Shown: positions 35,627 to 44,731, counted from the first letter of the stretch. The stretch is DNA of 64,000 bases from an uncultured Candidatus Saccharibacteria bacterium (GCA_964469335.1 CAYXYK010000002.1:16660-80659); one strand, 5' to 3'. The notes: generated by a model not told the origin, from the letters alone. Program-made: numbers and translations.

Positions 35627-36028
35627 TCAGTATTTGTCGTTGCGGTAAAGGTCAGTGAGTGCGTGTCGAGAAGTCTCTTTCCATTTGTGCACGAGTTCCA
35701 TTGTTACGCGGAGCTCATCGGTAAATTCGTAGAGGGTGTACTCCATGCCGTAAATGATCTTTCTGCCGCCCTTTGGTATCGCTACCGCATGAGTGAGGTC
35801 CTTGTCAGGGAAGAATCCGTTCAAACGGAAATTCCCCCGAAAGAGCACGTCTACTCTCCCGATCTCTTGGAAGGGGAGCTGTGGCGTGAAGGGGCCGATG
35901 AAATGGATCGATCCTGAGGTGGAGCGGATGCACACTACGTACAGACGTGAGGCATCCATGGACTCAGGGGCGGAAGGTTGGGGAAATGAAAACCGCGTCA
36001 CGGTGGGCGCAGTCGCTGTCTCTTGCAT
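35627..36028 (-). CDS. Hypothetical protein (133 aa).
   Basis: Clean ORF convergent with murF; no motif. Confidence 0.4.
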   Translation of the reverse strand: MQETATAPTVTRFSFPQPSAPESMDASRLYVVCIRSTSGSIHFIGPFTPQLPFQEIGRVDVLFRGNFRLNGFFPDKDLTHAVAIPKGGRKIIYGMEYTLYEFTDELRVTMELVHKWKETSRHALTDLYRNDKY

Positions 36029-36108
36029 CTTCTGATTCCTTTATGCGATTGTGGAAAGAACGAGTGTTAGATGGTCAGTATATGTCATAACACTTAGCAT
36101 GTCAAGTA

Positions 36109-36465
36109 TTAGGACTCTTTACGTAAGATCTTTTCCATCGCCTTGCCCTTGGCGAGCTCATCGACGAGTTTGTCGAGGTAGCGGATGAGTTTCATTGTCG
36201 GCTCTTTGATATCTTCCACTCTGATACCGCAAACAATGCCGGTGATCAGCGATCGGGAAGGATTGAGTTCCGGTGCCTCAGCGAAGAAGGTCTCGAAGTC
36301 GGTCTCATTCTTTATATGTGCGTTCAATTCTTTTTGGCTGTATCCGGTAAGCCATTTTATGACTTGGTCGACCTCTTGCTTGGTGCGGCCTTTTCTTTCG
36401 ACCTTGGTTATATAGAGAGGGTAGACTCTCGCAACACTCATGCTGTAGACGCGGTGCTTTTCCAT
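36109..36465 (-). CDS. DUF2200 family protein.
   Basis: [42 protein letters not shown]...[23 protein letters not shown] matches my recollection of the DUF2200 consensus. Start chosen at the internal ATG 36465. Confidence 0.55.
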   Translation of the reverse strand: MEKHRVYSMSVARVYPLYITKVERKGRTKQEVDQVIKWLTGYSQKELNAHIKNETDFETFFAEAPELNPSRSLITGIVCGIRVEDIKEPTMKLIRYLDKLVDELAKGKAMEKILRKES

Positions 36466-36629
36466 GAGCATAGTGTAGCAATTTACGAGAGGAAGAAGAA
36501 TTGCCCGCACGAGTGAGAAAACGAATTTTTCATACAAATATCTCTCTGTCAAATTTCCACTGGACAGAAGGGCTTAAATTCGATATTCTAGCGGAACTGC
36601 AGCGAAGCCTCGGTGGACCTGCAAAACTT

Positions 36630-36704
36630 GGCCCTATCGTCTAACGGTTAGGACGGAGGCTTCTCAAGCCTCAAATCAGAGTTCGATTCTCTGTAGGGTC
36701 ACCA
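36630..36704 (+). tRNA. tRNA-Glu (anticodon CTC) with encoded CCA.
   Basis: Manual fold: acceptor GGCCCTA/TAGGGTC, D-arm GTCT-AACGGTTA-GGAC, anticodon stem GAGGC/GCCTC with loop TTCTCAA, T-arm CAGAG-TTCGATT-CTCTG, discriminator A, then CCA. Confidence 0.8.
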
Positions 36705-36711
36705 AACGAGA

Positions 36712-36742
36712 TTCAAAGAGCGCCCCATGGCGCTCTTTGCGT
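36712..36742 (+). terminator. Intrinsic terminator after the tRNA-Glu.
   Basis: agagcgcc-ccat-ggcgctct followed by TTGCGTTTTAT. Confidence 0.6.
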
Positions 36743-36870
36743 TTTATGAAGACGGAGTATATCGTGAGCATGTGTCTTGGCATAGCAAACGATACGATGC
36801 GGGGTCGCGAACACTTATATTCTTGTGCGATTAGCTACAAAAAATTTAGTGATTGGTGACACGAAAAAAT

Positions 36871-37566
36871 ATGAATAAACACTACAAAATTTTTATACGC
36901 ATTATACTTTGCATTTTTTTCTTACTTGCCACAACTGCAGTAGTAATTCATATCCATACTCCCAAACCCAGCTCGCTTACTTTTGATTTCACCTGTTTAA
37001 GTGGCCCAAATAGTGTTTGTCCTGTTAGGGTAGATGAGTCAAAAAAGGAATCATTCAATCAAACTATTACTGATTCAATAAAAAACTCTCATAGGCTTGG
37101 AAAATTATCTGACGTGTATATTTCCTTGATTCAATTTAAAGTAACGATAGTAAATCTATCCACTGGAACCGTGAAAATTGGTTCTTCTACGCCGGTTGAG
37201 GTGAAAGGTAATATTCAGTGCGTGAACGAAATTCTCTTATACGGTCAGGAAAAAGAAATTGATAAAAAGTTTGTACTTCCTGATTCCTCTCGTGACCTAA
37301 TTGATTCAATAGTCTCATATATCAGCTACTGCCCAGGCTTTGTTGCTACAGAAGAAGGTTTATCTACTGTGCCTGAAGTTCCCCCAAATTCACTTTTAAT
37401 ATTTCAAACAGGGCCACAGTTTGTACCTATTTTCACCGCTGATTGGCTAAGTTGGGTTTTAGTCTCCCTCTTCAATTTGATTTTGCTAACTGGTCTTTTC
37501 CCTTTATCCCGCGAAGGATATAGATGGACAATAAAAGGAAGCAAATACTTTTCAGAAACAAAATAA
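36871..37566 (+). CDS. AT-rich gene for a two-TM (N- and C-terminal) protein with a Cys-containing extracytoplasmic domain (231 aa from ATG 36871).
   Basis: TM helices IFIRIILCIFFLLATTAVVI and WLSWVLVSLFNLILLTGLF. GC markedly below the window average. Confidence 0.5.
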   Translation: MNKHYKIFIRIILCIFFLLATTAVVIHIHTPKPSSLTFDFTCLSGPNSVCPVRVDESKKESFNQTITDSIKNSHRLGKLSDVYISLIQFKVTIVNLSTGTVKIGSSTPVEVKGNIQCVNEILLYGQEKEIDKKFVLPDSSRDLIDSIVSYISYCPGFVATEEGLSTVPEVPPNSLLIFQTGPQFVPIFTADWLSWVLVSLFNLILLTGLFPLSREGYRWTIKGSKYFSETK

Positions 37567-37571
37567 CCCAC

Positions 37572-38162
37572 ATGCCCAAATCCCAACCAAACCCCAAGGT
37601 CGACTGGTACTTCACCAAAGAAAAATGGAAGCGTGAGAACGCCGCACTCCGCAGTATCATGCTCACGACCGGCCTCACTGAGGAGCTCAAGTGGGGCTGC
37701 CCGTGCTACACCCTAAACGGGAACAATGTCGCACTCATCCATGGCTTTAAGGACTACGTCGCACTTTTTTTCATGAAAGGAGTGCTGCTCGAAGATGCGA
37801 AGAAGATATTGGTGCAACAGACCAAGCATGTACAGGCAGGGCGCCAGATCCGCTTCACTGGCCTTGCTGAGATCACCAAGCTGAAACCCACTGTGAGTGC
37901 CTATCTCAAAGAAGCGATTACGCTCGAAAAGATGGGCGCGACCGTGAAGATGAAGAAGACAGCGCAATTCGAGATGCCGCCGGAGTTCAAAGCAAAACTC
38001 GACAGTATGCCGCCACTGCGCGAGGCGTTCAAGGCGCTCACTCCGGGGAGGCAGCGTGGATATCTACTCTATTTTTCATCCGCGAAGCAATCCAAGACCA
38101 GAGCAGAGCGAGTAGAGAAATATCTCGACCGCATCCTGGACGGACTCGGCCTCGACGACTGA
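37572..38162 (+). CDS. YdeI/YdhG-like (DUF1801 plus YdeI C-terminal) family protein.
   Basis: KWGCPCY...ALIHGFKDYVALFF and C-terminal REAFKALTPGRQRGYLLYFSSAKQSKTRAERVEKYLDRIL. Confidence 0.65.
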   Translation: MPKSQPNPKVDWYFTKEKWKRENAALRSIMLTTGLTEELKWGCPCYTLNGNNVALIHGFKDYVALFFMKGVLLEDAKKILVQQTKHVQAGRQIRFTGLAEITKLKPTVSAYLKEAITLEKMGATVKMKKTAQFEMPPEFKAKLDSMPPLREAFKALTPGRQRGYLLYFSSAKQSKTRAERVEKYLDRILDGLGLDD

Positions 38163-38175
38163 GTTAGCTGAAATG

Positions 38176-38200
38176 AAAAGCACCACCCGAAGGTGGTGCG
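38176..38200. terminator. Hairpin terminator between convergent genes.
   Basis: gcaccacc-cgaa-ggtggtgc. Confidence 0.5.
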
Positions 38201-38213
38201 CCGACTCGGTCGG

Positions 38214-38696
38214 CTATTGATTGGGCGGCCCGGAGAGGTCGCCGCCTTGGCTGCGGAAGATCCTCACGATCGCGACGCTGTCCGAGAACAGGTCGCCGAG
38301 TGCAGCCTCAAGGCCGGCGTTTCTCGGGTCATCTTCCCAGACCACGATCTTCCAGTCCTTCCTGATGCTGTAGTGCTTGCCGCGGGTCGCGGGGAACTCG
38401 GTCGCGAGCGAACGCCAGAACATCTTCAGCAGCAAGCTGAATTCCTGGTGGATGAAGCTGGCGTCTCTCTGTGCGGCGACACGGACTTCGCGCGGCGACA
38501 GCGCGGTGTCGGTGATGAGCTTGATCGCCTCGTCGTGTTTCGCCTGCGCGAATGCGAACAGGCGACGCAGGCCTTCGCTCGCTTCGCCGATCACGGTCTC
38601 GTTCTTACTGACCGGAATGTCGGGGGAGTGCTTGGCGGTGTCAGCGGTCTCGAGTCCGCTGTAGAGTTGTTCGATCCACTTGCATGCGGCGGGCAT
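38214..38696 (-). CDS. Hypothetical protein (160 aa) in a GC-rich (~60%) segment.
   Basis: Minus-strand frame has protein-like composition; the overlapping plus-strand ORF 38193-38765 looks like a GC-driven artefact. Confidence 0.4.
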   Translation of the reverse strand: MPAACKWIEQLYSGLETADTAKHSPDIPVSKNETVIGEASEGLRRLFAFAQAKHDEAIKLITDTALSPREVRVAAQRDASFIHQEFSLLLKMFWRSLATEFPATRGKHYSIRKDWKIVVWEDDPRNAGLEAALGDLFSDSVAIVRIFRSQGGDLSGPPNQ

Positions 38697-38798
38697 CGGG
38701 GTTCCTCGTCTGTTGTTGCAAAGAGCACATCCATCTCCATGAATGTAACTCGTAAACTACCGTAATTTTCAGATTTGTCAAATTTTATCTATAAAAAA

Positions 38799-38830
38799 AC
38801 TCCTCCATACATCTGCATGGAGGAGCATGA
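38799..38830 (-). terminator. Intrinsic terminator of the minus-strand ABC exporter gene.
   Basis: ctcctccat-acatctgc-atggaggag followed on the minus strand by T7. Confidence 0.65.
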
Positions 38831-38852
38831 AACAACAGAAACGGAGGTCTGA

Positions 38853-40733
38853 TCAATCCGAAGGAGGTGCTTCCTCAGGCACGTCAGTGTCTTGCTCCGT
38901 GAGGAAGCCGTCTTTCTGCAATTGCCAGTGTCTCGCATAGATCCCGCCGCGATGCAGCAGTTCCTCATGCGTTCCTTCTTCCGCGATCACACCCCGGTCG
39001 AGGACGACGATGCGATCGGCATTCCGTATGGTCGAGAGTCGGTGTGCGATGACGATGCTCGTCTTGCCGCGGAGGAGCTCCGCGAGTGCCATCTGGATGT
39101 GCATCTCCGATTCCGAGTCGAGGCTCGAGGTCGCCTCATCGAGGATGAGGATCGGCGCTTCCCGCAGGATTGCCCGTGCGATAGCCACGCGTTGCCGCTG
39201 GCCTCCCGAGAGTTTCACGCCACGCTCACCGACAAGCGTGTCATATCCTTGCTTGGTCGCAAGGATGAACCCTTCTGCTTGTGCGCGTCTTGCCGCCTCA
39301 CGTACTTCTTCGTCACTTGCGTCCGGTCTGCCATAGCGGATGTTATCCGAGAGCGACAAATGGAAGAGCGACGGATCTTGGGGGACCAGTGCCATGTGGG
39401 CTGCGCGTTCTTCGTGCGTCATGTGACGAAGATCCTTGCCTCCTATGGTGATCGCGCCCGCTAACGGGTCGTAATCACGCAGGAGGAGTCTTGCGATGGT
39501 CGACTTGCCGGAACCTGACGGCCCCACCAGTGCGACCCGCTCTCCGGGCTTCACTCTGAGAGTGAGTCCCGACAGCGTCGCTTCGCCATGGTAGCCGAAG
39601 ACGACATTGTCGAAGACGATCTCGCCGCCGTTTGCCGCCACAGCGTTCGAATGCTCCGGTTCCTGGATTTCATGAGGGATCGCGAGGATGTCGGTCATCT
39701 CTTTGCCGTCCGCGAAGCAGCTATAGAACTCGCGGAAGATACGGGAGAATGCCCAGCTCTGGTCGCTGATGATGCGCACGTAGGTGCTCGCCATCACGAC
39801 AGTGCCGAGTGTGATCTCTCCACGGAAATACAGATATGCGCCAAGAAGGAGCATGCCGATCTCGATCGCGCGCACCGACAGGCCTTGGAATCCATCGAAC
39901 GTCGCAGTGCACATCCACGAGAATCTGGTCCAGCGAGCCTGCATGTCCACCTCTCGAGCGAATCGTGCCTCCTCCATCTTGTAGCTCGCATGGGTAGCGA
40001 CCGCAGGATTGTTGGCAATGATGTCCGCGAGCACACCGGTGGTGCTCGAGTCCTGCCTTGCGCGCCCTGAGTTGTAGGGGAGAGCCCAGCTGGAAAAGAA
40101 ATAGTTCGCGGTGAATATCGTGATGATCCATCCAACCACGAGGAGCGACAGCCAGGGATCAGAGAACCACAGCACCACGGCGACCGCAGTGAACTGAATG
40201 ATCGTAGGGATGATGTCGAAGACGATCCTGTCGGCAAATGCATCGTAGTGGTTGGCGTATCGGTCGATCCGTTTCACCAATGCTCCCAGGAACATCGACG
40301 AGAAGAACCGATGGTTGTGGCGGATCATGTACGCGAGGCCGTCCTTCTTGAGCGCCGCCGTGACATTCGCGGTCTTGTAACACATCGCGAAGATGGTGAT
40401 ACGCGCCGCGAGCCACGACACGAGCATCAAGAACGTATACTGCCACAGCTTTGCCATGGCAGCTTCTTTTGCGCCGACCCCGGCGCCAAGTGCATCGATG
40501 AAGCCCTTGAGGACTATCGGGACGAACACATAGGCGACGCGCTCGACCGTCGTTGCAATCAGCACGGTCGCGAGTGCAACAGGGTAGCGTGCCGCCGTGC
40601 GCGCGTATGCACGCAACAATGGTTTCGGATCAAGAGACTCTTTTTGTGGTCTGATTGGCCCTGCTTGAAGGACGCTCCGCATCAGCCGGTCGAATAAACC
40701 GGGCGGACGTACGGTAGTCGGTACTGAGGACAT
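38853..40733 (-). CDS. ABC transporter, fused permease/ATP-binding exporter (second MsbA-like copy).
   Basis: Six TM helices; GPSGSGKST, LSGGQRQRVAIARAIL, ILILDEATSSLD. Confidence 0.85.
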   Translation of the reverse strand: MSSVPTTVRPPGLFDRLMRSVLQAGPIRPQKESLDPKPLLRAYARTAARYPVALATVLIATTVERVAYVFVPIVLKGFIDALGAGVGAKEAAMAKLWQYTFLMLVSWLAARITIFAMCYKTANVTAALKKDGLAYMIRHNHRFFSSMFLGALVKRIDRYANHYDAFADRIVFDIIPTIIQFTAVAVVLWFSDPWLSLLVVGWIITIFTANYFFSSWALPYNSGRARQDSSTTGVLADIIANNPAVATHASYKMEEARFAREVDMQARWTRFSWMCTATFDGFQGLSVRAIEIGMLLLGAYLYFRGEITLGTVVMASTYVRIISDQSWAFSRIFREFYSCFADGKEMTDILAIPHEIQEPEHSNAVAANGGEIVFDNVVFGYHGEATLSGLTLRVKPGERVALVGPSGSGKSTIARLLLRDYDPLAGAITIGGKDLRHMTHEERAAHMALVPQDPSLFHLSLSDNIRYGRPDASDEEVREAARRAQAEGFILATKQGYDTLVGERGVKLSGGQRQRVAIARAILREAPILILDEATSSLDSESEMHIQMALAELLRGKTSIVIAHRLSTIRNADRIVVLDRGVIAEEGTHEELLHRGGIYARHWQLQKDGFLTEQDTDVPEEAPPSD

Positions 40734-40980
40734 GATGGTACTCCGTTTCTGTTGATTGGAAAGAACTGCACCGTGATGGGTGAGGGTTTTGAAACCCCGA
40801 CTCCATTCGGCCGGGGTGTTTCATTTGAGGTGCTAACCTAGGGAATTAGCTTCGAATAAAACGCTTCGGCCAAAGAGAGGCAGAGACTCCTTCGCGCGAG
40901 TATCCCGCAACGAGAAGAGCCGCGCACGAAAACGGCGCTGAGGTGATCTGGTTGTGGATCGTATTATTCATGATGAGGAG

Positions 40981-41009
40981 ACTCTAACAAATTACAACAC
41001 ACTTGTCAA
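40981..41009 (-). promoter_or_regulatory. Promoter TTGACA-N17-TAGAGT driving a ~290 nt leader upstream of the ABC exporter.
   Basis: Perfect -35 on the reverse strand at 41004-41009; -10 at 40981-40986. Confidence 0.5.
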
Positions 41010-41045
41010 GAAGTGTCCGAAAACAGAGTTTTGCATACATGAAAA

Positions 41046-41072
41046 GAACGCCACTCTTGGGTGGCGTTCTGT
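41046..41072 (-). terminator. Hairpin terminator after the 41072-41503 gene.
   Basis: aacgccac-tcttgg-gtggcgtt. Confidence 0.45.
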
Positions 41073-41503
41073 CAGCGCGCGGCGGTCGTTTTCATCCGTT
41101 CTTGCTCAGAAAGGATGTGCTGTATCTCTCCTGCGGCAAGCTCGTTGTCCGGATCACAGGTCATCGCCCGGTAATAGTCGGTGAGCTCGGTGCTCTTCCT
41201 TCGCTTGGCATCATTGTAGATGCGCATGCTTTCTTTCTTCGGCCAGGTGTCGAGTGCAATGAGCGCCGCTCTGACGCCTTCGTTACCGGGGTCATGCGTG
41301 CGCGCCGCTTCGAGCCAGAACTTCGCCAGCTTCTTGTTGCACTGTGCGATGTACAACGTGCCCATGAACCGATCACTTTCGGCGGCGTGTCGATCGATGA
41401 GATACGGATGCAGATGAACAGGAAGCGGTTGAGCTTCGACAAAGGAAGTGAGGAGTGGCAGATAGAGCAGTGTGGTGAAAAAGAGCAAGATACGGTTCAA
41501 CAT
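41072..41503 (-). CDS. Secreted protein with a possible Sel1/TPR-like repeat (signal peptide predicted).
   Basis: N-terminal MLNRILLFFTTLLYLPLLTSFVEAQP; helical repeat-like body. Confidence 0.45.
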   Translation of the reverse strand: MLNRILLFFTTLLYLPLLTSFVEAQPLPVHLHPYLIDRHAAESDRFMGTLYIAQCNKKLAKFWLEAARTHDPGNEGVRAALIALDTWPKKESMRIYNDAKRRKSTELTDYYRAMTCDPDNELAAGEIQHILSEQERMKTTAAR

Positions 41504-41630
41504 CGGAATTCTCCAGCTGTGAATACTGATATACATAATGTAACTTTTCCTACCACTGTCAACTCCAGGTAGTCGACAGTGGTACTCCGCGTGCTATAAA
41601 TAATGCGGACCAACAACCAAGGAGAAGTTC

Positions 41631-42347
41631 TTGAAACAGCAACCCAGAGCATGTCTTCCCGTCGAAGATATGGAGTTCCTCGTCCAATCTGTCACCCTTG
41701 CATTTACGGTGTTCATGCCCGGCATCGACGAAGATGAAGTGATGGATGTTCTCACCGACATCATCCTGCGCTACGAGGAACCGTGGCGTCACTATCACTC
41801 GCTTCCGCATGTGGTCGCGATACTTCGCGAACTCTCCCGCGTCATCGACAACGAGGCATTCGACAGGATGGGGGAACTCGAAGTCGCGCGCCTCATCCTG
41901 ATGTGTCTTTATCACGACATCATCTACGTGCCGGGAGCAAAGAGCAACGAGATCCTCTCGGCGCAGTACGTGAAGCACTTCGCCGTCGAGAATCACATTC
42001 CGCTCGAGAAGGTCGCTCCCGTCATCCGCGGGGTCGTTGCGTCGGCGAACCACTTTGTCCGCGATGAGGCACTCAGTGCCACTGAGCACCTGTTCCTCGA
42101 TGTTGACCTGTCGATACTCGCCGCCCCGGATTGGGGGACCTACACCGCATACGTCGGCGATGTGTGCAGTGAGTACGAAGCGGTCGGTGTCACCACCGAA
42201 CAATTCTTCGAAGGACGCATAATGTTCCTTCGTGATGCGCTCGGAGGTGGCGGTGCAAAGTTCTTCCATTCCGGTGAGTTCGATCACATGAACAGACTTG
42301 CGGCGACGAACATTCGCCGAGAACTCGCGATGCATGAGGAAGAGTAG
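41631..42347 (+). CDS. HD-domain metal-dependent phosphohydrolase family protein.
   Basis: WRHYHSLPHVVAILREL ... LILMCLYHDIIYVPG (the H...HD motif). Confidence 0.55.
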   Translation: MKQQPRACLPVEDMEFLVQSVTLAFTVFMPGIDEDEVMDVLTDIILRYEEPWRHYHSLPHVVAILRELSRVIDNEAFDRMGELEVARLILMCLYHDIIYVPGAKSNEILSAQYVKHFAVENHIPLEKVAPVIRGVVASANHFVRDEALSATEHLFLDVDLSILAAPDWGTYTAYVGDVCSEYEAVGVTTEQFFEGRIMFLRDALGGGGAKFFHSGEFDHMNRLAATNIRRELAMHEEE

Positions 42348-42427
42348 AAGTGCGGCATCGTTTTGGAACGGGGTATCACCCCGTTTTGTTTTTCCTCGAA
42401 TAGGGAAAGAGCTGTTATACTTTTCTG

Positions 42428-42889
42428 ATGCCGACTCGTGCACAATTAAAAAGGCTCTATCATACACTTTTCCCGGGTTCACGGTTTCGGATCGTACGAA
42501 GGCGGAGTGTGCGGCGTCCGCGCGGCAAGGTTGCGACCGCGACGTATGAGAGACACAAAGAGGCTGCACGTGCATTAGTGCACAGAAAACTCAATGAATT
42601 CAATCGTCACTACGGGTTCACCTATCATCGGGTTGCGATCCGAGACCAACATTCACGCTGGGGGAGCTGTTCGAAGAAGGGGAATCTCAATTTCAATTAC
42701 CGTCTTGCGCTGCTCCCAGAGCGTTTGGTCGATGCGATCATCGTCCATGAACTGTGCCATCTCAAGGAATTCAATCACGGACCGCGTTTCTGGGCACTCA
42801 TGGCGGAAACCATCCCTGATCATAAAGTTCGTAAGGCAGAACTCAACAAAGTGTCCCTTCGAAGTTTAGGGAAAGTCGCTAGTGTGTAA
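42428..42889 (+). CDS. YgjP-like (DUF45/M48-type) metal-dependent hydrolase.
   Basis: C-terminal HELCHLKEFNHGPRFW signature (HExxH...H). Confidence 0.65.
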   Translation: MPTRAQLKRLYHTLFPGSRFRIVRRRSVRRPRGKVATATYERHKEAARALVHRKLNEFNRHYGFTYHRVAIRDQHSRWGSCSKKGNLNFNYRLALLPERLVDAIIVHELCHLKEFNHGPRFWALMAETIPDHKVRKAELNKVSLRSLGKVASV

Positions 42890-43043
42890 GGCGGAAGCCG
42901 AGCCATACCCCAATGAAGGCACCGATGGCGCTGGTGAACACCGAGGTGAGTGAGAAGAGCGAATCGTCTCCCCAGAGGTTCGGTACATATGCGCCGACAA
43001 GTGAGCCGACGAACATTCCAAGCCAAATGACGCGCTTATCCAT
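42879..43043 (-). CDS. Possible small membrane protein (54 aa).
   Basis: MDKRVIWLGMFVGSLVGAYVPNLWGDDSLFSLTSVFTSAIGAFIGVWLGFRLTH, two hydrophobic helices. Not in the ORF track (under 60 aa). Confidence 0.3.
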   Translation of the reverse strand: MDKRVIWLGMFVGSLVGAYVPNLWGDDSLFSLTSVFTSAIGAFIGVWLGFRLTH

Positions 43044-43075
43044 ATCGACATTGTACTCCTATTTGCAGGTCGAAC

Positions 43076-43360
43076 GTGAGGGGATATCATAGGATGATGA
43101 AGCAAAGAAGAGAAGGGGGCTATGCGGGCATGATCGGTCTTTTGGTCGGAGTCGCTATCATCGCACTCCTGTTCGCGAAGGTGTATCTTACTCCGAATGA
43201 GCGATCGGCCGAGATGAAAGCAGCTCAGCCGCTTACAGCGAGCGGTACTGTCGCGACAACGGAAATAGAGCAAATGCATGCGGATGTCGACGCGGCGAAC
43301 GCCACCCGCGACGTGCTCAACAAGCACAATGAGGCGACGAATCAGGTCATGCAAGAATAG
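43076..43360 (+). CDS. Hypothetical small protein with one TM helix.
   Basis: GYAGMIGLLVGVAIIALLF; the opposite strand carries a long antisense ORF that I judge spurious. Confidence 0.35.
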   Translation: MRGYHRMMKQRREGGYAGMIGLLVGVAIIALLFAKVYLTPNERSAEMKAAQPLTASGTVATTEIEQMHADVDAANATRDVLNKHNEATNQVMQE

Positions 43361-43399
43361 CTGGCGGAAGGCATATTTTGTGTTATAGTCACAACCACC

Positions 43400-43864
43400 A
43401 TGATCGGACTCGCCCTGACCAAAGAACAATTCAAGACCTTGCTCAACATGGTCTATATCGCCAACACCGTCGCGAACAGCCGTCGCGAAGACGGTGATTT
43501 TCTCAAGGATTATGACGATCTTGAGCAATATGTGTTCTCGCGCGCGAAAGAAGCCGGATTTCCGGGAGCTACCGAGCGGCACAAGGTGGATGAAGAAGTG
43601 CATCACCACCCATCGATCTCGTTCGAACATGACCCGGAGGTGAATAAACTCCTCGACGAGTACGACGCCGCCGCCGCGATCGAGCTCTTGTCCGAGAAAC
43701 TCGCCGAACGGGACCTCGAAAGGCAGTATGGGCCGAACGCGAAGGATCGCATGCCGTCGAAGGATTATGACGAACTCCTCGAAGAACACACCGAGGAATA
43801 TGAGCGGGAGTTCGAGGAAAGCGGATTTGCCAGAGTCCGTATCGACGGAATGGAGATAAAATAA
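43400..43864 (+). CDS. Hypothetical acidic protein (154 aa).
   Basis: Asp/Glu/Lys-rich, protein-like composition; no motif. Confidence 0.4.
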   Translation: MIGLALTKEQFKTLLNMVYIANTVANSRREDGDFLKDYDDLEQYVFSRAKEAGFPGATERHKVDEEVHHHPSISFEHDPEVNKLLDEYDAAAAIELLSEKLAERDLERQYGPNAKDRMPSKDYDELLEEHTEEYEREFEESGFARVRIDGMEIK

Positions 43865-43871
43865 TACTGCC

Positions 43872-44438
43872 ATGGACATGAAGCCGATCCTCTTTCTCGA
43901 TTTCGATAGAACGCTGTTTGATACCGAACGTTACTATCTTTGGCTTGGTGAGCCACGTAAGGAAAACAATCAGGCACTTATAGACGGCGCGCGTCCTCTC
44001 CCGGACTTTTCTCAGTTTCTTTTTCCTGATGCTCAGGATTTTCTTACTACTGCAAAAGAAAAATACACGATTGTTATTTTGAGTTTCGTGAAGCTTGATT
44101 ATTCACCTCAGCAACCGATGCTACAAATGGAAAAAATTCGCGGCTCGGGTGTGAGTGACTATGCCGCTGATATTATCGTCACAATAGACAATAAGGGCAA
44201 AGAGGCAAAACACTACCTCAATGAGCACTCGCGCATGGACGAGTCATTTGTATTTGTCGACGATGAACCTGCGCATCTCTCAAGTATGCAGGCACAAAAT
44301 CCTAATGCTGTTTGTGTGCACTTAGACAGGGGAGGAGCGAGCACTGGAATTCTTATCGCATCAGCAATAGACACATTTGTGCCGATGTATGTTGCGCGAG
44401 ATTTGGTGGAAGTGACTGAGCTGATTGCAAAACAGTAG
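43872..44438 (+). CDS. HAD-superfamily hydrolase-like protein.
   Basis: Motif I LFLDFDRTLFDT (DxDxT) and a late VFVDDEP (motif IV-like). Confidence 0.55.
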   Translation: MDMKPILFLDFDRTLFDTERYYLWLGEPRKENNQALIDGARPLPDFSQFLFPDAQDFLTTAKEKYTIVILSFVKLDYSPQQPMLQMEKIRGSGVSDYAADIIVTIDNKGKEAKHYLNEHSRMDESFVFVDDEPAHLSSMQAQNPNAVCVHLDRGGASTGILIASAIDTFVPMYVARDLVEVTELIAKQ

Positions 44439-44731
44439 AAGTGGATTGGGGCCCTGAATCGCCCCTCATTGGCGATTCAGGATATCCTCAAAAAACTGGA
44501 ATTCCTAAATTGCTCTCTCTTAGCAATTTAGGAATTCCTCAATTTTTCGCCATTGCACTTTGAGCAATGAGAAAAATTGGGAAGCAAAAACCTCATGCTT
44601 GCGGACATGAGGTTTTCGTTCGACCTATTAATGTGAATAGTATAACACAAAAAGGAAGGGGGCGGAAACCCAACTGTGGATTTCCGCCCCTTTTTCGAGT
44701 CTATATGGCTCAGTTGAGCCATATAGATACA

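Noticed and set aside
38193-38765. 190-aa plus-strand ORF in the GC-rich segment.
   Set aside because: The R/L/G/A/V-dominated sequence is typical of a GC-driven spurious frame. The minus-strand frame looks protein-like, so that one was called instead, at low confidence.
40954-41184. 76-aa plus-strand ORF in the ABC exporter leader region.
   Set aside because: It overlaps the minus-strand promoter and the Sel1-like gene, and it has no SD. The minus-strand uORF and promoter explain the region better.
41559-42575. 338-aa ORF on the minus strand.
   Set aside because: It is antisense to the HD-domain gene, which has a clear H...HD motif. Its composition (Arg/His/Ser-rich, no motifs) looks like a shadow ORF.
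42866-43879. 337-aa ORF on the minus strand.
   Set aside because: It spans two plus-strand genes that share a frame. Its composition is junk-like, so I treat it as an antisense artefact.
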